Below are positions 13,371 to 27,504 of a DNA stretch of 64,000 nucleotides, one piece after another. The translations under genes and the position numbers were made by a program. The notes beneath the pieces were generated by a model. That model did no database searches. It was not told where the DNA came from and saw only the letters and a list, made by a program, of their open reading frames with translations. The stretch is from the NCBI GenBank assembly GCA_030141605.1, contig JAQGDQ010000927.1:15850-79849 (forward strand), written 5' to 3'. The first letter of the stretch is position 1, and every line of letters begins with the position of its first letter. Source of the DNA: Tubiluchus corallicola (lineage: Eukaryota > Animalia > Priapulida).

Positions 13371-13995
13371 GCAGTAAGTTCTTCTTCTTCTGTTGCTCTA
13401 AACATCTATTGTGGACACTGAGCACTCCACCGTTAAATCTACCATGTCCCCAGCTAAAAATGCTCAACTTCTGTGACGCCATTGTTAAGTTTGGTTCCAG
13501 CTGTTATAAATCTGTATTAATTCCTGATATGAAAGTTGTTTTTTCTTTACCAGGAGGTTGTTTGGCAGGTTTCTGTGCCTCGTTTAATGCTAATCTTTCT
13601 GGTGTTGTTTCTGGCAATCTCATTAAATATCCTACCTGTATTAGCCATCTGATTCAGATTTTAGTGCTCCAGTGTTCTTCTTTGGTTCTGTTATGCAGCT
13701 GTTCGTTTGAAATTATATACAGAAATTTTATTTTTAAGATTTTTCTGGGTAAGCCTCTTTGAAATACGTTTATCTCTGTGTCCTGTGCTGCAGTGATAGC
13801 TCACATTTCACTGCTGTACATGAAGATACTAGTTACATATGCACTGAAGAGTCATAGCCTTGTTTTGAGGGATAATTTCTTACTGGTTAGAAATTAGAAT
13901 TGATTTATTTTGGATTAAAAGCGTATGTTGGCCGTTGTTTCCTATATTTGATGTAATCTTCTGCGTTAAGTAGCGATCCCATGTATTTGTAAATG
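13371..13995 (-). mobile_element. Decayed 3' fragment of an RTE-like non-LTR retrotransposon with (GAA)n tail
   Basis: Reverse translation KYMGSLL...KLSLKTRL*LFSAYVTSIFMYSSEM*...FQRGLPRKILKI...ISNEQL...VGYLMRLPETTPERLAL resembles the RTE RT C-terminus; in-frame stops. Confidence 0.75.
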
Positions 13996-14901
13996 TTAGA
14001 AAATAATTACAAAATTTTGCTGGCATTACGACGCATTAATGCTGATACGTAATCGAATGAAATGCGCCAAATGGCAAATTGCGCGGAGCTCTAGTTGCCG
14101 CTGCTTAATGTCAAGCGCGAGTTTAGCAATGGCGGATGTGGGTTCGTGATATTTACCCGTGTGACTTACGCCGTCTCATGACAGAGTGAGTATAATTATG
14201 TAAGCCGCTAGCAGGCTCCATAGGCTTTTTCCGTGGCTGAATATTACACGTGTAGTTGTACCAGCATTTATGCATGTAGTACTGTCTCTCTCTCCGCTGC
14301 AGGTTTCTACCAGCATTTCCAGTATAAATGCAATCAATAGACGCGCATGTCCTGCTATGATTTTAATTTATACACGGCAAATAAAACCATAAAGCGAGTT
14401 AGCAACGTAGAGATCACAATTATTATGCTAGGCTTCCATACTGCTTAGTTCACCTAATATATTTCTCTTTATGACGCACGCTACAGCTGTAAATAGGGCA
14501 TGATAAAATATTTGTATGCGGCGCGACATTCCAAGTTGAAAGTACTTACTAATAATTATTGTCGCCATCATCATCATCACCATTTTCGCTACCGTCACCA
14601 CCACTACCTTGGCGCCATCATTTCTATGGCTGACACCAGTGTCCCACCATGCTTATCGTAGTCATTAGCATCAACACTGTCACCACCATTTTCGCTTCAC
14701 ATCATCATCATCATCATTGTCATCATCAGCATTGTGCTCATCGTCAGAATCAGCAAGTCGCAGTTTACTTCAGAACCAAATGCTACAAATTAACAGACTA
14801 AAATTGTGTTGTTGCTGCAGCTGCTGGTGATGTTGAGATGCTAAATCTTAATTATAGTAGCTAGAGGTCTGTTTTGGGCTTACTTCTTCTAAGGCGTTTA
14901 A

Positions 14902-15443
14902 AGGAGAGGTCAAGCCTTCTAGGAGGTTGGGCTTATATCAATGTTCACGAAAAATGTTAGAAGGATTTAGTCATAAAACTGCAATAACCGCCTCGTGTAA
15001 CTAGCAAAATCACTTTAAAGTCGCGATCACTTCATGTTTGGGCACTCCCATTTTCAACGCCCTTTCTTCCTCCGATGACGTCATTCGTTTTGAAGAAAAG
15101 TAGCGCACAACAAGCATAACAAGTTTTTATAAAAACGTTACATGTTTAATTTTGTAATATTTTTGCGTGAACATTAGGTAAGCTGCAGAAGTTTGAATTA
15201 GTTTAAGCAACGCGCGCTTACGGAAAGCCACGATCGCTTGCGAAAAATCACGAAGCCTTCCAGTTATGTCATGATTTTCAAGTGAATGGCGGCAACAACA
15301 ACGCCTGAAAATTTCTATTCAGAGGTAGTTCATATTAAATTTGTGCTTTATAGGCAGTTCTTTAGAAATTTCTTTGTTATATTTTTCTAAGTTTAAGTGA
15401 TAACAGTAAAAAATCTAACATAGTGAGTGACTTGTTCTTTCCT
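14902..15443 (+). mobile_element. Kolobok-like non-autonomous element, family B (TTAA-flanked); inverted partial copy ~37000-37545
   Basis: TTAA|AGGAGAGGTCAAG ... CTTGTTCTTTCCT|TTAA; 13-bp imperfect TIR, AG...CT ends. Confidence 0.75.
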
Positions 15444-15967
15444 TTAAATCACATACTGTAGGCCTATAGAGAACCTGCGGATTTCATATAGAATATTTGT
15501 GAACCACAGTTTCAATACTATGTGTGATTTTTGTTTATTGATGCAGAGTGATACCTCAGATTCTTCATTCGTATCTTTCCAACATTAGCAACACTGATGA
15601 GCAAGGAACGGAGACGGCAAAATATTGTATTGTCACTTTTGAAACGGGTCTGATCAGAGTCTCAAGTATTCAGTGTCTGAGATACAGCGTTCCGCACGCC
15701 TATGAGAACATCTGTCTGTGTTTCTATACAAATTAATCACCACAGAAACAACGTCAATGGACAACGGGGTGAAGGGGGGAGGGCAGGGGTCAAGTTACGA
15801 GAGGTAGCAATGAGAGGTGCAATGTAGTAACTAACTTCGATTTGTGCGTGTTTGTGTGTAAGTTAGGGACAATACCCAACTGCCTATGTGTGCATGGTAA
15901 TTAGTGTGTATGCGTGCGTTCTAAATTCCATTATTGTGAGTATACACGTTCGAATGGTCGACAGATG

Positions 15968-17308
15968 TTTTGTGATACATGTTGCAAATTCACGAATTGT
16001 CTTACGCATTACATACTGTGATACATGTCACAAATTCACGAATTGTCTTACGCATTACATACTGCGATACATGTCGCAAATTCACGAATAATCTTACGCA
16101 TTACATACTGTGATACATTTTGCAAATTCACGAATAATCTCACACATTACATACTGTGATACATGTCGCAAATTCACGAATAATCTTACGCATTACATAC
16201 TGTGATACATGTCACAAATTCACGAATTGTCTTACGCATTACATACTGTGATAAATGTCGCAAATTCACGAACAATCTTACGCATTACATACTGTGATAC
16301 ATTTTGCAAATTCACGAATAATCTCACACATTACATACTGTGATACATGTCGCAAATTCACGAATAATCTTACGCATTACATACTGTGATACATGTCGCA
16401 AATTCACGAATTGTCTTACGCATTACATACTGTGATACATGTCACAAATTCACGAATAATCTTACGCATTACATACTGTGATACATTTTGCAAATTCACG
16501 AATAATCTCACACATTACATACTGTGATACATGTCGCAAATTCACGAATAATCTTACGCATTACATACTGTGATACATGTCACAAATTCACGAATTGTCT
16601 TACGCATTACATACTGTGATAAATGTTGCAAATTCACGAACAATCTTACGCATTACATACTGTGATACATTTTGCAAATTCACGAATAATCTCACACATT
16701 ACATACTGTGATACATGTCGCAAATTCACGAATAATCTTACGCATTACATACTGTGATACATGTCACAAATTCACGAATTGTCTTACGCATTACATACTG
16801 TGATAAATGTTGCAAATTCACGAACAATCTTACGCATTACATACTGTGATACATTTTGCAAATTCACGAATAATCTCACACATTACATACTGTGATACAT
16901 GTCGCAAATTCACGAATAATCTTACGCATTACATACTGTGATACATGTCACAAATTCACGAATTGTCTTACGCATTACATACTGTGATAAATGTTGCAAA
17001 TTCACGAACAATCTTACGCATTACATACTGTGATACATTTTGCAAATTCACGAATAATCTTAGGCATTACATACTGTGATACATGTCGCAAATTCACGAA
17101 TAATCTTACGCATTACATACTGTGATACATGTCGCAAATTCACGAATAATCTTACGCATTACATACTGTGATACATGTCGCAAATTCACGAATAATCTTA
17201 CGCATTACATACTGTGATACATGTTGCAAATTCACGAGTAATCTTACGCATTACATACTGTGATAAATGTTGCAAATTCACGAACAATCTTACGCATTAC
17301 ATACTGTT
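15968..17308. repeat. Satellite, 46-bp unit, ~29 copies, with 184-bp higher-order repeat
   Basis: gtgatacatgtcgcaaattcacgaataatcttacgcattacatact repeated. Confidence 0.97.
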
Positions 17309-17670
17309 AGTGCATAAAATATTATAGTGCAAATTAATGTTGATTTATCTAAACTTGCATGTGAAAGACACGACCCACTAGTTATCCTGTTTATAAACTA
17401 TTAATGATCTGACTCAATATGCCTGTCTGTTTGGCTTGAGTGATGTGCAATATAATCATGTGAGTTCATCATTAATAATTAATAATGCAATACATACAAC
17501 CATCTATATTTTATGAAAATAAATTAATTTTCTTGTGTAAAGATGTGACCCCACCTCCATTTCAGATTATATTTTTCTAATTTTCTTCATTAACAAATTT
17601 CTTAATATTTTCATAATAATTCTAATAATAATAATAATAATTATAATTATTATTGTTATTATTATTATTA

Positions 17671-17990
17671 CTTTTTCTCAAACAGAATAATTAAAATCTG
17701 GAATCAACTCCCTGAGTTTGTCGGTGGTGCCCCCTTCGTCTGTGGCCAGAGTAGCAGAGTTTTAAAAAAACGTTCAAAAGATGAAAATCTTAATAATCAT
17801 TTATCTTTTGATAGGCACTTGTAAGTAAGCGTGGCTCTTTGTGCTTTTAACCGTAATTTTTTAACTAACCGTTTTTATCTGTAAAATTTATGTCTGTGCT
17901 GTATATACGTTTCATCCTGGATATATTTTACGCTTGCTTGTAAATATTTTTAATATTTTTTAATAAAGATTACGTATTAAACTAAACTAA
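17671..17990 (+). mobile_element. CR1-like 3' end fragment; inverted homolog ~49460-49745
   Basis: Translates FFSNRIIKIWNQLPEFV, like the CR1 C-terminal FFSNR...WN.LP motif; (aact)n-like tail. Confidence 0.6.
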
Positions 17991-19160
17991 GCTAATTACA
18001 AGACCCGGTTTGCATTCATGCCATTTGTGTGTTCAAAGCCCTTTATCAGCGTTACCAATTTACTTACAATTACAATCGTAAATTCACCTTCTTAATTGTT
18101 AGTGCATTTTTATGCCTGGTTTATCAATACGCAACCGAACTACTTATTAGCATTGCCATGCACCCGGCGTCTTTGTTTACCTTGTTATTGATGGTTATGA
18201 GAGCAATCAAGAGAACTCGGCTATAATCGACCTCGCGGCTAATTGCCAATCGTCAAACAACAATTCTTCTGGTTCGCTTGTAAGTATCATCGTAGTAACC
18301 ATCATTAGCTGTATTAGTTACAATACCGGGCGTACTAGACTAGCCAGCAAGACTAGTATTAAACAACAAAGCGTGCGCACTACACGTAAAAAAACTTGGT
18401 CTGCAAAACCGACAAACTCTCGTGGATGACGTCATCGCTGATCGGTGGTGCAATCTTGCGCTTTCGTTCTTAATTTATTCTTTCGATTGACGGATACACG
18501 TGGATACGACATACATGCTTTTATAAAAGTTTAATGCATCATTAAGAGCTAAAGAAATCTTGCTAGTTAAATTCCATAATTATGTGTTATTGTGTTTATA
18601 CAAGTTTATTAATACTTAAAATCGACAATTTTGGTAATTCAGCTGCAGATTTGTGGAATGGCACTAGGTCACAGTAAAAATTACAAGATACTGTGTGCAT
18701 ACTGTGTGAGGAGCATACTGTACAAAAACATTGAGCACCTCAGGCGGTTTATGGCGGGGAAATCTCCTGAGGGAAGTCAAGTTTTAACCTTTAATGCAAC
18801 ATTAAATAGACTCGGCCTTTTAGGAAAATGATTCCTATCGTAGGGAGGATACGAGCAACACAAACTATCAAGCAGGTCCGGCTCTAGCTAGCTTGACGCC
18901 CTAGGCAAACGTATTTTAGCGCCTCCTCCTCGTTGGTCAACCCTTTCCTCCTTAACCCCGCCCCCAATATTGAATTTTCCTTGTATAGTATTATGATAAG
19001 TTGTAGTGGTACCGTATTATACAGTGTGTAATGTATTATAATGCACTAATTTAGTGTAGTCAATTACCTATCTACAGCTTGTGTTGATTGAATTTGAAGT
19101 TGAATTTATGATTTTATTGCATTCTGTGTGACTCGCCAGCTTTTTTGCCGTTCGTTTCCT

Positions 19161-19577
19161 GTTTAAGTGATAACAGTAAAATAAATCCAACATGCTGAGT
19201 GATTTGTTCTTTCCTTTAGCACACCACAAACAGTTTAAGTGATAACAGTAAAATAAACCCAACATACTGAGTGACTTGTTCTTTCCTCTAGCACACCACA
19301 AACAGTTTAAGTGATAACAGTAAAATAAACCCAACATACTGAGTGACTTGTTCTTTCCTCTAGCACACCACAAACAGTTTAAGTGATAACAGTAAAATAA
19401 ACCCAACATACTGAGAGACTCATTCTTTCCTCTAGCACACCACAAACAGTTTAAGTGATAACAGTAAAATAAACCCAACATACTGAGAGACTTGTTCTTT
19501 CCTTTAGCACACCACAAACAGTTTAAGTGATAGCAGCAATAAACCCACCATACAGAATGACTTGTTCTTTCCTTTAA
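19161..19577. repeat. Six-copy 72-bp tandem array made of a Kolobok-like element terminus
   Basis: gtttaagtga starts at 19161, 19233, 19305, 19377, 19449, 19521; unit matches 15390-15447. Confidence 0.9.
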
Positions 19578-20440
19578 AGAAGTATGAGAAATTCCTGCAG
19601 CAGCAGAGACACAAATTCCCAACACAATTCTCCCTTCTGTGAAAAAGCACACATGCGTGTTGTGTTTAACATTTGTCTGTATGTGTGTTTACAACATGAC
19701 ACTGTTATCATGTCGTACAGAATAACAAAAAATTATTGATTAATTGGTTGTTATGGCGCTTGCTATTGTAGCGTCTTCCTCTATCGACAAGTGAACAGTG
19801 TTGTTTACGTCATACCGTTTATATGAATATCCTCTTTAGGAATAGGAAGACCTTCACTGTGACCTTGACCCTGGCTTTTTAATAACCAAGACCTTCCACT
19901 GTGCCAGGTTTTGTATTTATGACTTCATCCGTTTTGCTTTGTTGGTATAACCTTTGACCTTTCGGACTTGCACAGAGCCATCACTTTTCAAAGTTTAGTG
20001 ATGATAGTATCATCCTTTTTTATCTTATTCTACAGTCATACTGACGTTGACGCCCCACCCTCTCAAGCAGCAGGTGTGCAACGTATATTTAAATGTCACG
20101 CCTGCGCAGAAAAAAATTGCTAAATTCGCGCAAAAAGTGAAGCAACAATGGGCGCCATGTTGTACAGTACATAATTGCTTTCGACTGTGTGGCAAAAATA
20201 ACTGCTAGACGACACATTTTTGACGCATCGCTTGTCATGCAGGCTAACAGTCCGTCTCTGCGCATGCGTGGCATTTAAATCGTCGCTGTGTAATGACTTT
20301 TGTCCCGGCTGATGCATGCTGGGATCGTGGATCTTCGACGTCATAGCACGTAACAGCGGTGCTATGTTCAGTCATAACGTGATTTTTGAGATGTTTAATG
20401 TGCCTTAAAAATTCACAAATTTTTCCAGACTTGTGAAATT

Positions 20441-20562
20441 CAGGGCCTATTTCAAGGGGGGTAAGTGGGGATACTTCCCCGGGGCCTCACCCTCCAGGGG
20501 GGCCTCGCGTGAAGATAATATTTTTTGTTTATGCGAAAAACCTCCTACTACCTCCTCTCTCC

Positions 20563-20608
<46 letters not shown>

Positions 20609-20620
20609 CATCTCTCTCTT

Positions 20621-20681
<61 letters not shown>

Positions 20682-20833
20682 TTTTTTCTTCCGCACGGCC
20701 GTTTGCCAGTATTGACAAGTATTAAGGACTGGTCTTAGAATGTTTTTTTTTTGTTTTTTTTTTTTTTGTTTGGGTTTGGTTTTTTTGGGTGGGTTTGGGG
20801 TGTTAGGCCTCGCCTAGGTTGAAATAGGCCCTG
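20441..20833. mobile_element. hAT-type MITE carrying a (CT)n microsatellite
   Basis: Perfect 15-bp TIR cagggcctatttcaa...ttgaaataggccctg; 8-bp TSD gtgaaatt / gtgaaatc. Confidence 0.88.
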
Positions 20834-21119
20834 GTGAAATCCCTTTATCAGAAGTAACGTTGATACGTACAAATAAGTTCACGTGGTATATCCCAAACTT
20901 GGTAGTCCAATTTCAATGTTTCAACAATAGGTTTATGTGTATGTGTTCAATTTGGGTGATCCTGTTTATTGATTGTAGCTCAAATGTAATAACGGCATCA
21001 AGCTTGGAGCTAATGGCATGGCTACTTGACTCTCAATAAGCTTGTATTGGAAATGTGTCGAAACTGAATTCGTCTCAGAAATAATCCAGTTGTGTGGGAT
21101 GCAATGTTTGCTGCTTATT

Positions 21120-21730
21120 GGACAGAGCTGCTTATATATCATATACTATCCCATTTTCAAATCTGATAAAAAGCTTACATTTTGGCCCAATTAATACTGC
21201 AAAAGCGTTTCTGATAATTAAGCAATAGATTAAACACTTAATTAATGGCCAGCTAGCACAACTATTGATGACATCACAAATTAACGTAATTTTCAACGTC
21301 AGAAATATTCCACCAGTGTGTTTCTCGTGTTTGGGAAAGTGAAAATTGCAGTGCAGTAATACTGTAAGATATTCAGTGTGTTGTACTAAAACTAGGCAAG
21401 TTTTAAGATAAAAATTCAAATTTCAAATTTACTGCTGTGCTCACACATGAGCTGTCGAAAGTGTGTAGTTCATCACAAACTAACACATCTGAGCTGAAAG
21501 GTACCGCCTCTGTTTTTTATATAATGCATTTGCGAAAGGCAGGCACTAGCAAGTGTATAACTAGTGAATGGTGAAATGTATGTAACAGCAAAGAACTAGT
21601 GGCGCGAACATGAGATTGTATTTGTGTGGTAATAATTCTTTCACGTAAGTCATTTTTGAAAAAATAGTACGTTTCCTTTCAATATTTTAAAGAGTAGATT
21701 GTTTTGACCTACAGTTCAAGATTGGGTGCT
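21120..21730 (-). mobile_element. Kolobok-like element, family A copy
   Basis: Colinear with 46558-47176; ends gct|ttaa. Confidence 0.8.
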
Positions 21731-22044
21731 TTAAAGCACGAAAAATAGCCGGAGACTAAATGGAACCACCCACATGCAAGTTTCCCAGTTATTTGCTAAC
21801 AAGGCTTAGTGCGGCTTAACTATCGTTGTCAAGTGCACACACCGTGATCACTCAGCTGTTTTCTCTTGCCACGTTTCTTATTATTATGTTTTGATTTCTG
21901 CGCTTAACGCAAATTAGTATAACTAGTTAAACTAACTAAAAGATTTTCTTGATAACTTTTTTATCAGAGCTGCAACAATATCTGTTTTTGCTGACTGCTT
22001 CTATGTTGAAGCAAATTACTTGTGTTTATTTAGCAAACTGTCAT

Positions 22045-22215
<171 letters not shown>

Positions 22216-23184
22216 TTGTATTACCATTATCTGCTTACCTAAAACTGATATCAGTTATCTAAGTTGTTTATTCCTGTTACGTTAGTGACGAAATAAAATT
22301 ATCTAACAAAATATTAGCAGAAATTAATTACAATCAAATTATCCCGACAAGTTAACATATAATTAACATCCTGATGCTGTAAAACACTTACCAAATTCTC
22401 CTTTTTAATGTGATTTACGAATTTACTTTCAAACAACAGATTGTTGGGGTTTACCTCAAAACATTTATTATTTTGTGCATTATCTTATTGTGCAGTATAT
22501 TATTTCTGCATAACCAATATTTAACAGAAAATCATTAAAATTGTCGTGACTTGTTGGAAGTGTGCCGGTTCAAACTTCGGTTGCCTCCATTTCTGTTACC
22601 TTTTGAACTGTCAACGAAGCTGTAAAGTTATTAATTATCATTCATTAAAATAAATGACAATAATCAGTAGGAATCAATTGTCTGAATATCAGTAATTAAA
22701 GTATTGATTTATGAGATCGATAGCTGTGAAAAAAACAAAGAAGGTTAAATAATATCGTGGCGTTATATTCACAATTCACCGAACTACATTCGTAAATATT
22801 AGCCATTTTTATGTACTGAATGGCTGCAATTTTTTAGAAAAGTTTTTTTTTCAAAATCGATTTTATTATAACAGCAATTCATTCAAACTTACGATGGGTA
22901 ATAACACGCAATAATAGGGGAAATTTTAGCTGCGTGTAAGCTGCTTAAGTCAGCTTAAGTTCTCGCCAAAGCTGAAATAATTTTTATCGTTCCGCACTTG
23001 GCATTATTATCATTTGCGTGTAGCGTCACACCACCGTGCAAGCACTTTGTCTGATCAATACGCGAGCTTTAACACATAATTGTCACATAGCTTGGCGCTG
23101 CTGACGATTAAATCCCAGTGTGTGTCTATACCTGGTTCTATAAATGATGCAAGCTTCCATAATGATCGTTTACTAGTAATAACG

Positions 23185-25997
23185 CGTATGTAATTCTCTA
23201 AGGAAACAAACGTGTATTGACGCTGCACGCGACGTACGTTCACACGTACAGGGGTGTATAATTCTCAAAGGAAACACCAGACATAGAGACCTGTACGCAA
23301 CGTGCAAGCACACATATACAGGGGTGTATAATTCTCAAAGGAAACGCCAGACACAGGCACCTGTACGCAACGTGCAATTACACGTATACAGGGGTGTATA
23401 ATTCTCATAGGAAACACCAGACACAGACACCTGTACGCAACGTGCAATTACACATATACACGGGTGTATAATTCTCAAAGGAAACACCAGACACAGACAT
23501 CTGTATGCAACGTACAATCACACATATACACGGGTGTATAATTCTCAAAGGAAACACCAGACACAGGCACCTGTACGCAACGTGCAATTACACGTATACA
23601 GGGGTGTATAATTCTCAAAGGAAACACCAGACACAGACAGCTGCACGCGACGTACGTTCACACGTATACAGGGGTGTATAATTCTCAAAGGAAACGCCAG
23701 ACACAGACACCTGTATGCAACGTACAATCACACATATACACGGGTGTATAATTCTCAAAGGAAACACCAGACACAGACACCTGTATGCAACGTGCAATCA
23801 CACACATGTACAGGGGTGTATAATTCTCAAAGGAAACACCAGACATAGACACCTGTATGCAACGTGCAATTACACATATACACGGGTGTATAATTCTCAA
23901 AGGAAACACCAGACACAGACACCTGTATGCAACGTACAATCACACACACATATACAGGGGTGTATAATTCTCAAAGGAAACGCCAGACACAGGCACCTGT
24001 ACGCAACGTGCAATTACACGTATACAGGGGTGTATAATTCTCATAGGAAACACCAGACACAGACACCTGTACGCGACGTACGTTCACACATATACACAGG
24101 TGTATAATTCTCAAAGGAAACACCAGACACAGACACCTGTATGCAACGTACAATCACACATATACGGGGGTGTATAATTCTCAAAGGAAACACCAGACAC
24201 AGACACCTGTATGCAACGTACAATCACACACATATACAGGGGTGTATAATTCTCAAGGTAACACCAGACATAGACACCTGTATGCAACGTGCAATCACAC
24301 ATATACACGGGTGTATAATTCTCAAAGTAACACCAGACACAGACACCTGTATGCAACGTGCAAGCACACATATACAGGGGTGTATAATTCTCAAAGGAAA
24401 CGCCAGACACAGACACCTGTATGCGACGTACATTCACACATATACACGGGTGTATAATTCTCAAAGGAAACACCAGACACAGACACCTGTATGCAACGTA
24501 CAATCACACATATACAGGGGTGTATAATTCTCAAGGGAAACACCAGACACAGACACCTGTATGCAACATACAATCACACATATACAGGGGTGTATAATTC
24601 TCAAGGGAAACACTAGGCATAGACACGTGTATGCAACGTGCAATCACACGTATACAGGGGTGTATAATTCTCAAAGTAACACCAGGCACAGACACCTGTA
24701 TGCAACGTACAATCACACATATACAGGGGTGTATAATTCTCAAAGGAAACGCCAGACATAGACACCTGTATGCAACGTACAATCACACATATACACGGGT
24801 GTATAATTCTCAAAGGAAACACCAGGCATAGAGACCTGTATGCAACGTGCAATCACACATATACAGGGGTGTATAATTCTCAAAGTAACACCAGACACAG
24901 ACACCTGTATGCAACGTGCAATAACACATATACAGGGGTGTATAATTCTCAAGGGAAACACCAGACACAGACACCTGTATGCAACGTGCAAGCACACATA
25001 TACGGGGGTGTATAATTCTCAAAGGAAACACTAGGCATAGACACCTGTATGCAACGTGCAATCACACATATACGAAACCAGCAAGCACCTGTATGCAACG
25101 TCAAACACTATACAGGGGTGTATAATTCTCAAGGGAAACACCAGACACAGACACCTGTATGCAACGTGCAATCACACATATACGGGGGTGTATAATTCTC
25201 AAGGGAAACACTAGGCATAGACACCTGTATGCAACGTGCAATCACACATATACAGCGGTGTATAATTCTCAAGGGAAACACCAGACATAGACACCTGTAT
25301 GCAACGTACAATCACACACATACAGGGGTGTATAATTCTCGAAACACTAGGCATAGACCTGTATGCAACGTCAATCCATATACAGGGGTGTATAATTCTC
25401 AAGGGAAACACCAGACATAGACACCTGTATGCAACGTACAATCACACACATACAGGGGTGTATAATTCTCAAGGGAAACACTAGGCATAGACACCTGTAT
25501 GCAACGTACAATCACACACGTATACAGGGGTGTATAATTCTCAAGGGAAACACCAGACACAGACACCTGTATGCAACGTGCAATCACACACATACAGGGG
25601 TGTATAATTCTCAAGGGAAACACTAGGCACAGACACCTGTATGCAACGTACAATCACACACGTATACAGGGGTGTATAATTCTCAAGGGAAACACCAGAC
25701 ATAGACACCTGTATGCAACGTACAATCACACACATACAGGGGTGTATAATTCTCAAGGGAAACACTAGGCATAGACACCTGTATGCAACGTACAATCACA
25801 CACGTATACAGGGGTGTATAATTCTCAAGGGAAACACCAGACATAGACACCTGTATGCAACGTACAATCACACACATACAGGGGTGTATAATTCTCAAGG
25901 GAAACACTAGGCATAGACACCTGTATGCAACGTACAATCACACACATATACAGGGGTGTATAATTCTCAAGGGAAACACTAGGCATAGACACCTGTA
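23185..25997. repeat. Satellite, ~70-bp unit, ~40 copies
   Basis: caggggtgtataattctcaaaggaaacaccagacacagacacctgtatgcaacgtacaatcacacatata repeated; source of the many ORFs at 23265-26073. Confidence 0.97.
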
Positions 25998-27059
25998 AGA
26001 GACATAGAGTACCAGAAAGGTCAGGCTTTAAGTCGAGTAGTTCTTGCACCCTGTTTAAATACAAAACAGACATTTCTCTAATTGGCTCGGATAATCTACA
26101 ATGTACAATAACATGCGTTTCGTGTTCAAAAGAGACATTATCACACCTGCATGCCCTGTTGTTACTACTCGTTGAACAGTTTATATAAACCTACATGCTG
26201 TCTGCAATGCAACATCCTAATTAATGTGGACAGTGTTTACATAATCTTTTAAAAAGAAATATGGAGCCATAGACGCGCATACAACTACTGTTTACTCACA
26301 GATAGTTTACACAAATGTCGGAGAAGAAACATGACAAATATACCGACAGTTTGCACAGGGGTTTTGAAAGAAACTTGTAAATGATGCGCGTTCACATGTA
26401 GACGGCTTTGAACATAGTTCTTAACAAACAGAAATGCAACAATATATCAATGCGTACTAAGCCTAATGGCGCGTTCAAACTGACGAGTTTTCTGTCAGGA
26501 GATCTTTAAAACACATGACAAGTATCATGAAATCTTCGTTTTTCTCAGCATAGAAGACTCAGCATATTCGCTTAATAGCATTGGGTGTTAAGTGTTTGTA
26601 TCACCTGTGACGCCATCTAAACATCTATAATTGAAATAATTGATGATAATATAGCTTTAGAGAGTTTTTGATGAATAAAATTGAAGAAAACGCCGGTGCG
26701 AAAATCTTTCATTGAATAGTGAAATAAGATATTTTTGCTTTCGTAGTGGCCTTGACACGAATAAATTTTGACACTGTTCACACGTAGAATTTGAGAATCC
26801 AGATAAGGTCGCAGTTACATGCCTATTGCTGGCATTGTTCACATGGGCGTATGTTTTGTGCAATTATACTGCTTATTATGATAAATTTTTAGGCATAGCA
26901 GAAAACCCCAGAGTTGATTGGAGTTAATCAAATTTGAAAATGTTGTTAATTTATGCAGATTACACAGTGATGGTCCCTGTGGGACACCACTGTGAAGATT
27001 ACCCTAATTGTTAGGGGCGTGTCAATGCCCCAAACTGATAGCTCAATCCTGTTTGTCTC

Positions 27060-27330
27060 TATGACCAGACGGTTTAGACTAGCAGTAATCCGTTCGCTTT
27101 CCGTATGGGAGGTCGTGAGTTCGGTACAGCGGCTGGCTCATACCAAATACCTTAAAAATGGTACTGCTGTTGCCCTGCCATGACGCGAAGTATTTAGGGT
27201 AAAAGTGGGTAGTAATAGTCTCTGTTATGTAGTTGCAGGTTGTTGTTTACAGTCTGTGCAAAATCTCTTCGGAGCTTATGTCAATTGTTGATCCAAAAAG
27301 CCGACTTTAAATAAGGATTATTATTATAGC
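27060..27330 (+). mobile_element. tRNA-derived SINE with Meta-like domain and (tta)n tail
   Basis: gggaggtcgtgagttcg B-box region followed by cataccaaataccttaaaaatggtactgctgttgccctgc, resembling the MetaSINE central domain as I recall it. Confidence 0.6.
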
Positions 27331-27504
27331 GGATATTTATATATGAAGTGCAATGCACAGTTACCTTTGGCATATTAGTAGCACTACTATCTTGTACATA
27401 CATGGTTGCTGCTAATTACATATGTTTGTATAGCACTTATATCTAAAGAGATTACGCAATTGATTGTCGTGTATTATCGTTTATGTAGCAACTGTTATAT
27501 GACG

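Noticed and set aside
13409-13762. 117-aa plus-strand ORF
   Set aside because: Antisense to the decayed RTE fragment
23265-26073. Dozens of 60-130 aa ORFs on both strands
   Set aside because: All are translations of the 70-bp satellite
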